DNA of 64,000 nt. It comes from Candidatus Wallbacteria bacterium GWC2_49_35 (GTDB taxonomy: Bacteria > Muiribacteriota > UBA9980). Where the stretch lies: positions 288-64,287 of the forward strand of contig MGFH01000236.1 in the NCBI GenBank assembly GCA_001791795.1. The letters are read 5' to 3'. Made by a program: the position numbers and the translations under genes. Below the pieces are notes generated by a model. It saw only the letters and a program-made list of their open reading frames with translations, was not told where the DNA came from and did not search any database. Shown piece after piece: positions 1 to 8,463 of the stretch; the first letter of the stretch is position 1; each line of letters starts with the position of its first letter.

Positions 1-638
1 ATGATTTGAAATTCTATGTGGCGGGCCCGCTCGATATATTTTTCCATGTAGACCTCGTCGTTGCTGAATGCCATGCGGGCTTCGTTCTTGGCTATGTCGA
101 AGCTGGAGCTGAGGTCGGAATCATTGCGCACGATCCGCATTCCCTTGCCGCCGCCGCCGCCGGAGGCCTTTATTATAAGCGGATAGCCGATTTTGTTAGC
201 TTCGCTCAGGGCTCGTTTCAGCGATTCCAGAGGCGCCGTGCCGGGTACTATGGGCACGCCCGCCGCCGTCATCGCCGCGCGCGCCTCGGATTTGTCGCCC
301 ATCAGCGTAATTATTTTAGGCTCGGGACCGATGAAGGTGAGCTGATGCTTTTTGCAGATGTCGGCGAAATCGGCGTTTTCCGATAAAAATCCGTATCCGG
401 GATGGACGGCGTCGCAGCCGGTTATTTCGGCGGCCGAAATGATATTGGGCACGTAGAGATAACTCTCTTTCGGGTTCGCCGGTCCGATGCAAACCGCGTG
501 GTCCGCGAGTTTGCAGTGAAGGCTTTCGGCGTCGGCCTCCGAATAGACCGCGACCGTCTCGACTCCCAGCTCGCGGCATGCCCTTATTATGCGTAAAGCT
601 ATCTCGCCGCGGTTGGCGATTAAAACTCTTTTTATCAT
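1..638 (-). CDS. accC: Acetyl-CoA carboxylase biotin carboxylase subunit, N-terminal ~212 aa; gene runs off the left edge
   Basis: My own translation of the minus strand from ATG 638-636 gives MIKRVLIANRGEIALRIIRACRELG...HPGYGFLSEN...PLIIKASGGGGGKGMRIV. The frame is open to position 1, so it is absent from the ORF track. Confidence 0.9.
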   Translation of the reverse strand, partial: MIKRVLIANRGEIALRIIRACRELGVETVAVYSEADAESLHCKLADHAVCIGPANPKESYLYVPNIISAAEITGCDAVHPGYGFLSENADFADICKKHQLTFIGPEPKIITLMGDKSEARAAMTAAGVPIVPGTAPLESLKRALSEANKIGYPLIIKASGGGGGKGMRIVRNDSDLSSSFDIAKNEARMAFSNDEVYMEKYIERARHIEFQI

Positions 639-670
639 CGTTATTTATCCTGCCTTTGATTAAATATAAA

Positions 671-1123
671 TTAATTACCTATTCTGATCTTGAAAATCGG
701 CTGGCCGAACATTACTGCCGCGCCTTCTTCAGGGAGCGTTTCTTCCATGGTCCCGCTGTAAGGCGACTTTATTTCGTGTTCTATGTTCATGGCTTCTATC
801 ATGCAGATCGTCTGGTTTTTTTTGACCGCGTCGCCCTTTTTGATAGGGTCGAGTTGTTCCGCGGTCCTGGTCGAATAAAAACGCCCTACTATCGGCGCGG
901 TTATTATTTTGCTGAACTCGCTTTCTTTCTTTTCGCCGGCCGGGACCGGTTCGCTTCTCTGTCCGGCGGAGGCGAGATTGTCTATGCCGCGGATCGTTTC
1001 GCCTTCGTCGCTTTGCGGCCTGAATTTGATCTTCAGGCTCACGCCGCCGTCTTTCATCGAAAATTCATTGTAGCGGCTCTGTTTGATAAATTTGATAAAA
1101 CTTTTGATCGTTGCGATGTTCAT
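671..1123 (-). CDS. accB: Biotin carboxyl carrier protein-like (BCCP architecture), with Asn in place of the biotinyl-Lys
   Basis: 150-aa ORF immediately upstream of accC. It has a BCCP-like N-terminus, a P/A/E linker and a C-terminal hairpin ...TICMIEAMNIEHEIKSPYSGT aligned to the canonical EAMKM. Its start overlaps the mazG stop (TAATG). Confidence 0.8.
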   Translation of the reverse strand: MNIATIKSFIKFIKQSRYNEFSMKDGGVSLKIKFRPQSDEGETIRGIDNLASAGQRSEPVPAGEKKESEFSKIITAPIVGRFYSTRTAEQLDPIKKGDAVKKNQTICMIEAMNIEHEIKSPYSGTMEETLPEEGAAVMFGQPIFKIRIGN

Positions 1124-1932
1124 TATTTTTTATCCTCCATAACGGGCTTTTTCTTTGCCAATTCCCACAGCGTGTCCATTTCGGCCATCGTGAGTTCTTT
1201 GAACGGCCTGCCGAAATGCTTTTCGGAGTTGTTCTCTATGAAGCCCACCCGGTCGATGAATTTAGTTATCGAACTTACCAGGGCGGTTTCGGGGTTCACC
1301 GATAGGTGGCGCGAAAGGTTTATCAGCGAGAAGAACAAGTCGCCGAGTTCGCTTTCGATCCGCTCGCGCGTGCCCGTCTTTATTTCGTGCGTCAGTTCTT
1401 CGAGTTCTTCCCTCACCTTGCCCATCGTTTCGTCGCAGGTGGTGAAATCGAACCCCGCGTTCGCGAGGCGCTTCTGGACCTTATAGGCCCAAAGAAGCGG
1501 AGGCAGGCTCATGACCAGGTCTTCGCTTATATTTTTTTTGCGTTTTTTGCGTTTGATCTCGTCCCATTTTTTGATGACGTCGTCCGAATCGGCTACGCTC
1601 GATTCGCTGAATACGTGAGGATGGCGCTCGATCAGTTTGTGCGAGATCTTCTCGAGTATGTCGCCCATATCGAATTTTTTTTCGTCGTCGCCGATCTTTG
1701 CGCAAAGCGCCACCAGCAGAAGAACGTCGCCCAGCTCGTCGGCGGTTTTTTCCATGTCGCCGTTGACGATTTCATGGTTGAGCTCGTAGCACTCCTCCAG
1801 AAAAAAGTCTTTCATCGTGCCGAGCGTCTGCTCTTTGTCCCACGGACAGCCTTTTTCGGGATCGCGCAGTTTGTCGATGACGTCAAGAAAATGGTTGAAT
1901 TTATTTAATATCCGTTCCCTTTTACCTGTCAT
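1123..1932 (-). CDS. mazG: Nucleoside triphosphate pyrophosphohydrolase MazG
   Basis: 269-aa ORF with LRDPEKGCPWDKEQT, EECYEL...ELGDVLL, and a second half with EELEEL...ELGDLFF (tandem MazG domains). Confidence 0.85.
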   Translation of the reverse strand: MTGKRERILNKFNHFLDVIDKLRDPEKGCPWDKEQTLGTMKDFFLEECYELNHEIVNGDMEKTADELGDVLLLVALCAKIGDDEKKFDMGDILEKISHKLIERHPHVFSESSVADSDDVIKKWDEIKRKKRKKNISEDLVMSLPPLLWAYKVQKRLANAGFDFTTCDETMGKVREELEELTHEIKTGTRERIESELGDLFFSLINLSRHLSVNPETALVSSITKFIDRVGFIENNSEKHFGRPFKELTMAEMDTLWELAKKKPVMEDKK

Positions 1933-1944
1933 TTAATGCTCTTT

Positions 1945-4212
1945 TCATCTTTGGAATATTTTCTGTTCGATGGCCTTGTTGATGTTTTCTTCGTTGAGCT
2001 CGAAGGCGTAAGATTCCTTGAGCGACTCTATATAGTTCAGCAGGGCTTTCTTTTGAGTGGATCCGCTGAGTTTTTCCTTTATTTTGTTCTTAACTTCGTT
2101 GAATACGAGCGGTCTGGCCTTCTCAAGTTTTATAATATGGAAGCCGAAGTGCGTGAGGACGGGTTTGGCCACTCCGCCCTGCTTTAGTTTTACGACCGCG
2201 TCGGAAAAATTTTCGACCATGTCGTCGTAGGTGAACAGCGGCAGAAGCCCTCCGTCGTTCTTCGAAACGTCGTCTGAATGCTGGCGGGCGAGCTGAACGA
2301 AATCCTGGGTGTCGACTTTATCGAAGACCGTCATGGCTTTCTGGCGGGCGGTTTCCACTTCGTTCTGGTCGCCGGGATTTTTAACGGAAATAAGTATGTG
2401 GCGCACCTGGAATTCGGCGCTGTTCCTGCTGAAATAATCTTTGAGTTCTTTTGTCGAAGGCTCGATAAGTTTTTTCGTCACTTCTTCGAATATCAGCGCG
2501 CGGGCGAGTATCTTGTTTTCGATGTCCTTCATTTCTTTTTTGAAGGCGGGCGAATTCTGGATCTGCGCGAGCTTCGCCTCTTTTTTCAATATGATCCTGT
2601 TTATGATCTTTTCGACGATCGCGAGCCTGTCGGCGAATTTGTTGAAATCGTTCTTATGGAAGGAAGGCAGCTGGGATATGCTTTCGTTATAGTTGAGCCT
2701 GGTCACTTTGACACCGTCGACCTCGGCCAGAACTTCGTTCAGGTTGCCGAGCGATTTAGCGTCCAGAGCCGCAGCGGCCGTTTTTTTATCATCGGCGGCC
2801 GCCCGTGCGCCTCCATTCCCGTTGCCGTTTTTGGCGGCAGAGGTTTTTTTATCTTTTTTCGCGGCGGCCGATTTGCTTTTTTTGTTTGAAGAACTTTTTT
2901 TCTTCGAAGATTTACCGTTCTTTGCCTCGGGCTTTTTTTCGGGTTTGGCGGCCGTTTCTTTCGGGCCGTTCTTGCCGGAGTCAGCCGATATTTCAGCGGT
3001 TTTGGGTTTATCGGGAGTTTTCGGGGGCGCAGCCGCGATGTTAGCGAGAATGGAACCCTGCTGCTGACCGACTTCAATGGTGTCGTCGGCGCCGCCTATC
3101 TTTTCGCGGTAGATCTTGATGTTGTATTTTGATTTGACGGTCTTGAGCCACTCTTCGAGGCGGTCGTTCTCTATTTTAGATTTCAGCTCGGTTTCAATGA
3201 GGTTTTTAACGTCCGCCAGGGGGACGGTTTTAGAGTCGTTCTTTTCAAGGACCTTGAGTATGTAAAAGCCGTTATTTCCCTTGATAGTATTCGTGTACTC
3301 TCCGAGATTGCGGGAGAAGGCTTCGGCTATTATGGGATTGTCGCTGTACATGTCGCGTCTGAATGTTCCGAGGACGCCGTTCTTATGGGTCTTATCGTCT
3401 GAATGTTTCTCCCACACCTTTTCGAAATGGGTGCCCAGGTCGAGTTCCATCTTGGCCTTCTCGATCTTGTTGCGGGCCAGCTGCACGGAGTTCGAGTCGT
3501 CGGGATTGTACTTGACGAAGATATTGGCAAGCGTCACGCAGTCTTTGATCTGGAAGCGCTCCTGCTTGTTTTCTTCGTAAAATGCCGCCACCTGGGACTC
3601 GGTGATATTCACGGCCTTGATTATTTCGTCTTTGATCTGGTTATAGTAGCTTTCGATGAGAAGGTTTTCGAAGGCCTTTTCGACCTGGATCTTTATCTCT
3701 TCACGGTCGGCGAGGTTCTTATTTTCGGCCTCCATTACGACTATCTGATTAACGAGGACGACTTCGGTCAAAAAACTTTTCAGTTTTTCGAACGTGTTCA
3801 AAAAAACTCTCGAATTTTGAGGGAGTTTTAAATATTCTTCGACGGCGTCGTTGGCGGTTATTTTTTTATTTTTGATCTTGGCCAGGACCAGGGAACTGTC
3901 GGAGTCCTTCGATTCGGCGGGGCCGGTGGCGCCTGTAATGAGCGGAATGGAACGTTTTACGACCTGCTCGGTTATGATGGGGATCAGAAGGTTGGACAGT
4001 TCCGCGGGCTTCAGGGAGTTTTTAGAAGCGCCGCTGTATTTTTCGAACGCCCGGTTCACTTCTTCGGAAACTATCTGCCTTACGTGATTTTCGAATTTGA
4101 CGTCGGGGTTCTGGTCGACTTCGTAAGCGCGCAGGGCCGGCAGGCCGAAAAAAAACAGAAGCGCCGCGGCGCCTAAAACGGCGGTTCTTTTGAATAATGT
4201 GAATATTTTCAT
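1945..4212 (-). CDS. Periplasmic peptidyl-prolyl isomerase/chaperone, SurA/PpiD-like, two tandem modules joined by a Lys/Ala/Ser/Pro-rich linker
   Basis: 755 aa with an N-terminal signal/anchor (MKIFTLFKRTAVLGAAALLFFFGLPALRA). The C-terminal parvulin domain reads FQVRHILISV...THFGFHIIKLEKA; a degenerate parvulin-like segment reads GVLGTFRRDMY...GFYILKVLEK. Confidence 0.75.
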   Translation of the reverse strand: MKIFTLFKRTAVLGAAALLFFFGLPALRAYEVDQNPDVKFENHVRQIVSEEVNRAFEKYSGASKNSLKPAELSNLLIPIITEQVVKRSIPLITGATGPAESKDSDSSLVLAKIKNKKITANDAVEEYLKLPQNSRVFLNTFEKLKSFLTEVVLVNQIVVMEAENKNLADREEIKIQVEKAFENLLIESYYNQIKDEIIKAVNITESQVAAFYEENKQERFQIKDCVTLANIFVKYNPDDSNSVQLARNKIEKAKMELDLGTHFEKVWEKHSDDKTHKNGVLGTFRRDMYSDNPIIAEAFSRNLGEYTNTIKGNNGFYILKVLEKNDSKTVPLADVKNLIETELKSKIENDRLEEWLKTVKSKYNIKIYREKIGGADDTIEVGQQQGSILANIAAAPPKTPDKPKTAEISADSGKNGPKETAAKPEKKPEAKNGKSSKKKSSSNKKSKSAAAKKDKKTSAAKNGNGNGGARAAADDKKTAAAALDAKSLGNLNEVLAEVDGVKVTRLNYNESISQLPSFHKNDFNKFADRLAIVEKIINRIILKKEAKLAQIQNSPAFKKEMKDIENKILARALIFEEVTKKLIEPSTKELKDYFSRNSAEFQVRHILISVKNPGDQNEVETARQKAMTVFDKVDTQDFVQLARQHSDDVSKNDGGLLPLFTYDDMVENFSDAVVKLKQGGVAKPVLTHFGFHIIKLEKARPLVFNEVKNKIKEKLSGSTQKKALLNYIESLKESYAFELNEENINKAIEQKIFQR

Positions 4213-4308
4213 AATCGTTTACAGTTTAATGTACTCTCCTTGTAATTATTTTTTTTCATTTTATCACATTTCGGAGAATAAATCAATTATAAAATTATAT
4301 GAGGGGAA

Positions 4309-4920
4309 TTACATATTCAATTTTTCGGCGAGGCTTTTTTCGATTTCGGGAAGGGTTTTTTCAAGGTCGATCTTAAGCTGCGTGAGCGAACGGATCTTAT
4401 CGCGTACTACCAGAAGGAGTGCGTGGTCGAGGCCGTCCGAAAAAAGGGCTTCATAGACTTTTCTGCGAAGCGTTTCGATACCTTCGAAATTTCTCATTGG
4501 TTCTATATAATCGGAAATGAATATTATTTTTTCGAGCGCGTTCATTTTCGGGCGGCCGAGAGTGTGGTGCCTTATGGCGGATATTATCCGGACGTCGGCG
4601 ATGCCGAAGACGCGGCGCGCGATGACGGCGGAAACGTGGCCGTGAAGGAGGCCCTCCTTTTCGAGGACCGCGGTGCGAATTTTAAAGCCGGACGCCGCGG
4701 CGGCGTTCTGCATTTCGAAAAGAGTGAGGCATTTGGAAGCGTCGTGAAGGAGGCCCGCTATGGAACAGCTTTTTATGAGGAAGTGATTCGACGAAGCGGC
4801 GGCTATTTGAACCGCCGCCGCCTCGACGCCCAGGCAATGGGCGAATAATCTCGGGCCCAGGCTTTCTTTTAAGTGCTTTATTATTTTTTTCCGCAGCGCG
4901 GAGAACCGGGCATCATTCAT
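4309..4920 (-). CDS. yqeK: HD-domain bis(5'-nucleosyl)-tetraphosphatase YqeK family
   Basis: 203 aa with H..LGV, GLLHDASK and RHHTLGRP...IIFISDYIEP. It lies downstream of nadD/obg as in the yqeK context and overlaps obg by 8 nt. Confidence 0.8.
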   Translation of the reverse strand: MNDARFSALRKKIIKHLKESLGPRLFAHCLGVEAAAVQIAAASSNHFLIKSCSIAGLLHDASKCLTLFEMQNAAAASGFKIRTAVLEKEGLLHGHVSAVIARRVFGIADVRIISAIRHHTLGRPKMNALEKIIFISDYIEPMRNFEGIETLRRKVYEALFSDGLDHALLLVVRDKIRSLTQLKIDLEKTLPEIEKSLAEKLNM

Positions 4921-6286
4921 CCTGATAATCGAAAGCGAAATCTTTTATGTAAACGGTGTCGCCGTTGCGTGCGCCCGCTTTGCGCAGAGCCTTGTCGACC
5001 ATATATTTTTTCAGCAGCTGCCTGAAATAATACAATGCGTCGTCGGCCTTGAAATTGACCCTTTTAACGTCGGCCTCGAACTGTTCGGACACGATCTGAT
5101 ATTCGTTGGGCGAAAGCACGTTGACTTTGACGGAAACCGGCTTTCTGCGCGGTGCGGTCTTTTTGCCGAGCTCGGCGAATGTCGTGCCGAGCTGCCCCGC
5201 TTCGATGGCGGTGCTGGAATCGATAAGGACCTCGCGGCCGCTTTCGAGCGCGGCGGCCTCTCTGGCGGCGCTTTCCTCGGAGAAGAGCTTGAGATCGTAC
5301 ATCAGCCTTATGAGTTTATCGAGGTTAAGGCCCGAAAGGCCCGAAATTTTAAATATTTTTATATCTTTAAAAGCCTTGAGCCGTTTTATTTTTTTTGTAA
5401 AATTTTCGTAGTGGTCGTTCGAATCGGGGATGTCCATCTTATTGGCCGCGATTATGAAAGGAAGGCCCGCCAGTTTTTTCGAATAGGCCTTGAGCTCTTT
5501 TTGAAGCGTCTTCAGATCTTCGGCCGGGTCGGGCCTTTCAAAGCCGGTCATATCGATAACGTAAACTATGGCGCGTGTACGCTCGATGTGTTTTAAAAAC
5601 TGGTTGCCCAGGCCTGCGCCTTCATGAGCGCCTTCGATGATGCCGGGAATATCCGCCACCACCATGACCTTGTCGTAGTCGATCCTGGTCACGCCGAGGT
5701 TCGGAGAAAGCGTGGTGAAGGGATAATTCGCTATTTTGGGAGTGGCCTTCGATATTTTTGATAAAATCGTCGATTTGCCGGCGTTGGGAAAGCCCACCAG
5801 ACCGATGTCGGCTATCAGCTTAAGCACGAGCCTGATCTCGAGCTCCGCGCCTTCTTCGCCGAGCTCGCAGTAGCGCGGGGCGTGCCGGACGGCGCTTGTG
5901 AAATGCGTGTTGCCGCGGCCGCCGCGGCCGCCTTTCATTATGACAAAGCTCTCGCCGGGCTGCGCGAGATCGTATATGAGTTTGCCGTTTTTGGCGTTGC
6001 AAACCTGGGTGCCTACGGGAACTTTGATCTGGAGCTCGCGCCCGTTCTTGCCGTGCATTTTGGAGCCGAGGCCGTGCTCGCCGTCTTCGCTTTTGAATAT
6101 TCGGTTAAATTTGAAATCAAGAAGCGTCTGAAGATCGTTGGAGGCTACCAGGACTATGGAGCCGCCGTTGCCGCCGTCGCCGCCATCCGGGCCGCCTTTG
6201 GGGACGTATTTTTCTCGCCTGAAACTTATACAACCATTTCCGCCGTCGCCGGCCTTGACCGTTATTACGGCTTCATCTATGAACAT
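4913..6286 (-). CDS. obg: GTPase Obg/CgtA with C-terminal OCT-like domain
   Basis: MFIDEAVITVKAGDGGNGCISFRREKYVPKGGPDGGDGGNGG (Obg fold); G1 motif GFPNAGKST; C-terminus GDTVYIKDFAFDY. Confidence 0.95.
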   Translation of the reverse strand: MFIDEAVITVKAGDGGNGCISFRREKYVPKGGPDGGDGGNGGSIVLVASNDLQTLLDFKFNRIFKSEDGEHGLGSKMHGKNGRELQIKVPVGTQVCNAKNGKLIYDLAQPGESFVIMKGGRGGRGNTHFTSAVRHAPRYCELGEEGAELEIRLVLKLIADIGLVGFPNAGKSTILSKISKATPKIANYPFTTLSPNLGVTRIDYDKVMVVADIPGIIEGAHEGAGLGNQFLKHIERTRAIVYVIDMTGFERPDPAEDLKTLQKELKAYSKKLAGLPFIIAANKMDIPDSNDHYENFTKKIKRLKAFKDIKIFKISGLSGLNLDKLIRLMYDLKLFSEESAAREAAALESGREVLIDSSTAIEAGQLGTTFAELGKKTAPRRKPVSVKVNVLSPNEYQIVSEQFEADVKRVNFKADDALYYFRQLLKKYMVDKALRKAGARNGDTVYIKDFAFDYQDE

Positions 6287-6310
6287 GATAATTCACCAAC
6301 ACTTCTTATT

Positions 6311-6901
6311 TTATTCTGCCGGATAAAGATTATTCGCGTTTATGTATTCAAAAACCTTTTCCGGCACCAGATATCTTGTGGAGCCTCCGCGGCGGAGCGT
6401 TTCTCTGATTTTTGTGGACGATATTTCCATATGCTCGAATGATTTAAGGAAAACCGAGGCGGCCAGAACGTCCGACGCGACGGCTTCTCCGGGGGGGGCG
6501 TCACGCCGCGGAGCGATCACCAGTTTCGCGTTTTCGATTATGGTTTTATAATTGCGGTATTTGTGAAACAGGTGAAGGGTGTCGCCGCCGGTTATATAAA
6601 AAAGTTCGGCGCCGTCGGTCAGCTGCTTGAATTCGAGTATCGTTTCGTACGTGTACGCGGTTTTATTCGCGCGGGATTCGATATCCGAAAATACAAAAAA
6701 ATGGTTATCCTCAATAGCAAGGAAAACCATTTTTTCCCTATGGGATATATCAATAATTTGTGAATTGTCCTTGTGCGGAACAACGCTGGTCGCAAGGAAA
6801 TATACCCTGTCGAGCCCCAATTCCGTCCGCGCGCACTCGGCTAAACGAAGGTGCGCGTTATGGACCGGATTGAACGTTCCGCCGAAAATTCCAACTCGCA
6901 T
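6311..6901 (-). CDS. nadD: Nicotinate-nucleotide adenylyltransferase
   Basis: MRVGIFGGTFNPVHNAHL (HxGH-type motif) and ISSTKIR near the C-terminus. Confidence 0.9.
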   Translation of the reverse strand: MRVGIFGGTFNPVHNAHLRLAECARTELGLDRVYFLATSVVPHKDNSQIIDISHREKMVFLAIEDNHFFVFSDIESRANKTAYTYETILEFKQLTDGAELFYITGGDTLHLFHKYRNYKTIIENAKLVIAPRRDAPPGEAVASDVLAASVFLKSFEHMEISSTKIRETLRRGGSTRYLVPEKVFEYINANNLYPAE

Positions 6902-6923
6902 CGTAATTTATTTGTATTCGCGA

Positions 6924-7187
6924 TTAAGCCGTTTTTTCTTCGAGGGGAACTATCGTCACGCGGCGTTTGCCGCTGCCGAAAGATTTGAATTCGACTTTTC
7001 CGCATACTTTAGCGTACAAGGTGTCGTCTCCGCCGCGGCCGACGTTGAGGCCGGGGTGGAAGTGAGTGCCGCGCTGACGGACTAATATCGTGCCGCCTTT
7101 AACCATTTCGCCGGCGAATTTTTTCACTCCGAGGCGTTTTGCCTGTGAGTCGCGGCCGTTTACCGCGGATACTGCTTTCTTACCCAT
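6924..7187 (-). CDS. rpmA: 50S ribosomal protein L27 (no N-terminal propeptide)
   Basis: [27 protein letters not shown]...[25 protein letters not shown]. An in-frame TAA sits immediately upstream of the ATG (7190-7188). Confidence 0.95.
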   Translation of the reverse strand: MGKKAVSAVNGRDSQAKRLGVKKFAGEMVKGGTILVRQRGTHFHPGLNVGRGGDDTLYAKVCGKVEFKSFGSGKRRVTIVPLEEKTA

Positions 7188-7209
7188 TTAATTTCACCTG
7201 CCTGATTTT

Positions 7210-7557
7210 TTAATCTTTGATAGTTTCAATAATTTTAATGACTTCTCCGTATTTTTCGTTGATAGACGTAAACCCCAGCCTTACGCTTGCGGTCAGGAGG
7301 CGGAGACCTTCGGCGCTTTCCGCGCCGGCTTCTTCCGCCGTGCTGAGGTTTATAAGGCCTTCTTTAATTTCGCCGGTCAGTCTGAGTTTTAAAAGTTTCA
7401 CGACGCTTTGCGAAAAATTAAGCGCGAGAGCGGACGCCGCCGCGCATATAACGTTTTCGCCGCGGGGCCCCGAATTATCGTGGCCCGAAAACACGAAACT
7501 TTTCAAAACGCCGTTCCGGCCGTAGTTAAATTCAGCTGTTATCAAAAAGAAACACAC
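7210..7557 (-). CDS. prp: Ribosomal-processing cysteine protease Prp (DUF464/YsxB family)
   Basis: 115 aa between rplU and rpmA. SGHDNSGPRGENVICAAASA matches the His/Cys catalytic dyad region (GH...D-IVCAgaSA) of Prp. Confidence 0.8.
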   Translation of the reverse strand: MCFFLITAEFNYGRNGVLKSFVFSGHDNSGPRGENVICAAASALALNFSQSVVKLLKLRLTGEIKEGLINLSTAEEAGAESAEGLRLLTASVRLGFTSINEKYGEVIKIIETIKD

Positions 7558-7580
7558 CGTTTCAAGTTGCGGTCCCCTGA

Positions 7581-7895
7581 TTATTTGTTGACGATCTGGC
7601 CGATTTCAACTTTAGTGTAATGGGCCCTGAAGCCTCTTTTACGGAAATAGTCTTTTCTTTTTTTGAACTTCATGGTAACTACTTTTTTCTCGCGGCCGTG
7701 ATTGAGGATCGTGGCTTCTACGTTAGCTCCGTCGACTTTCGGCTGGCCGATTGTGACGTTAGCTCCGTCGCTTAACATTAAGACTTCGGAAAAATTAACC
7801 TTCGTATTGACTTCGCCCAGCAGTTTGCTGACGCGAATACGGTCGCCGGGCGCGACTTTGTATTGTTTGCCTCCGGTAGTGATTACTGCGTACAT
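7581..7895 (-). CDS. rplU: 50S ribosomal protein L21
   Basis: MYAVITTGGKQYKVAPGD...; 104 aa. Confidence 0.95.
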   Translation of the reverse strand: MYAVITTGGKQYKVAPGDRIRVSKLLGEVNTKVNFSEVLMLSDGANVTIGQPKVDGANVEATILNHGREKKVVTMKFKKRKDYFRKRGFRAHYTKVEIGQIVNK

Positions 7896-7951
7896 TGATG
7901 GGCACCTCCTTCTTTTATTATTTTTCTATTATGCAAATTAAAAATCGTTTT

Positions 7952-7981
7952 ATTATACCAAAAAGACATAATAAATGTCAA
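7952..7981 (-). promoter_or_regulatory. sigma70-like promoter for the rplU operon
   Basis: The minus strand reads TTGACA (7981-7976), an 18-nt spacer, then TGgTATAAT (-10 at 7957-7952). It lies ~55 nt upstream of the rplU ATG. Confidence 0.5.
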
Positions 7982-8022
7982 TATCTTTATTTATTTTTTT
8001 ATAAAATTGTAAAACAGAGAAT

Positions 8023-8069
8023 GGCCGGAGGCTGTTAATTACCTGAAATTTATATCAGGGACTCCGGCC
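8023..8069 (-). terminator. Hairpin directly downstream of hypA-like gene (possible terminator)
   Basis: GGCCGGAG (8023-8030) pairs with CTCCGGCC (8062-8069), with an inner CCTGA/TCAGG stem. On the minus strand it is followed by ATTCTCTGTTTTAC. Confidence 0.35.
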
Positions 8070-8402
8070 TTAATAATAAACGTTTTCCAAGAAAAATTCT
8101 TCGCCCGATATCACCTTGAGGTCTTCCGATTTGCAGGCGGGACAGACGTATCCGGTTTCGGCGGATGCGCCGCAGCTATTGCATTTGAGCCTTGCCGGCA
8201 TCCACTCTATCTCGATAGCCATATCGGGCTGGAGATTATTGCGGCCGACGGCTTTTATAAAAAGGTCGAGCAGCACTTTTTCGGTGATATTGGTCAGCCG
8301 GCCGACCTTGAATTTGACCTTTACCGCGCTGTGGATCTTGTGGCGGCTTATCTGGGTCGCTATGTCGTTGATGATCTCTTCCTGGCGGATTAATTCCTGC
8401 AT
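8070..8402 (-). CDS. HypA-like zinc-ribbon protein (hydrogenase nickel-insertion family architecture)
   Basis: 110 aa with HypA-like layout and CNSC...CPAC zinc-site cysteines. The N-terminus is MQE rather than the canonical MHE. Confidence 0.55.
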   Translation of the reverse strand: MQELIRQEEIINDIATQISRHKIHSAVKVKFKVGRLTNITEKVLLDLFIKAVGRNNLQPDMAIEIEWMPARLKCNSCGASAETGYVCPACKSEDLKVISGEEFFLENVYY

Positions 8403-8463
8403 TACCCGGGGGCTCCCTTCTGATATAGGCCGTTCGCTACGTGATAGCGGCGGCGTTGATAGA

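Noticed and set aside
578-1486. 302-aa plus-strand ORF across accB/mazG.
   Set aside because: It is antisense to two well-supported genes. Its sequence is low-complexity (F/R/L-rich) and has no motifs or RBS.
2693-3077. Cluster of 79-124-aa ORFs on both strands.
   Set aside because: They all lie inside the compositionally biased Lys/Ala/Ser linker of the PPIase gene and are frame artefacts of a stop-poor repeat.
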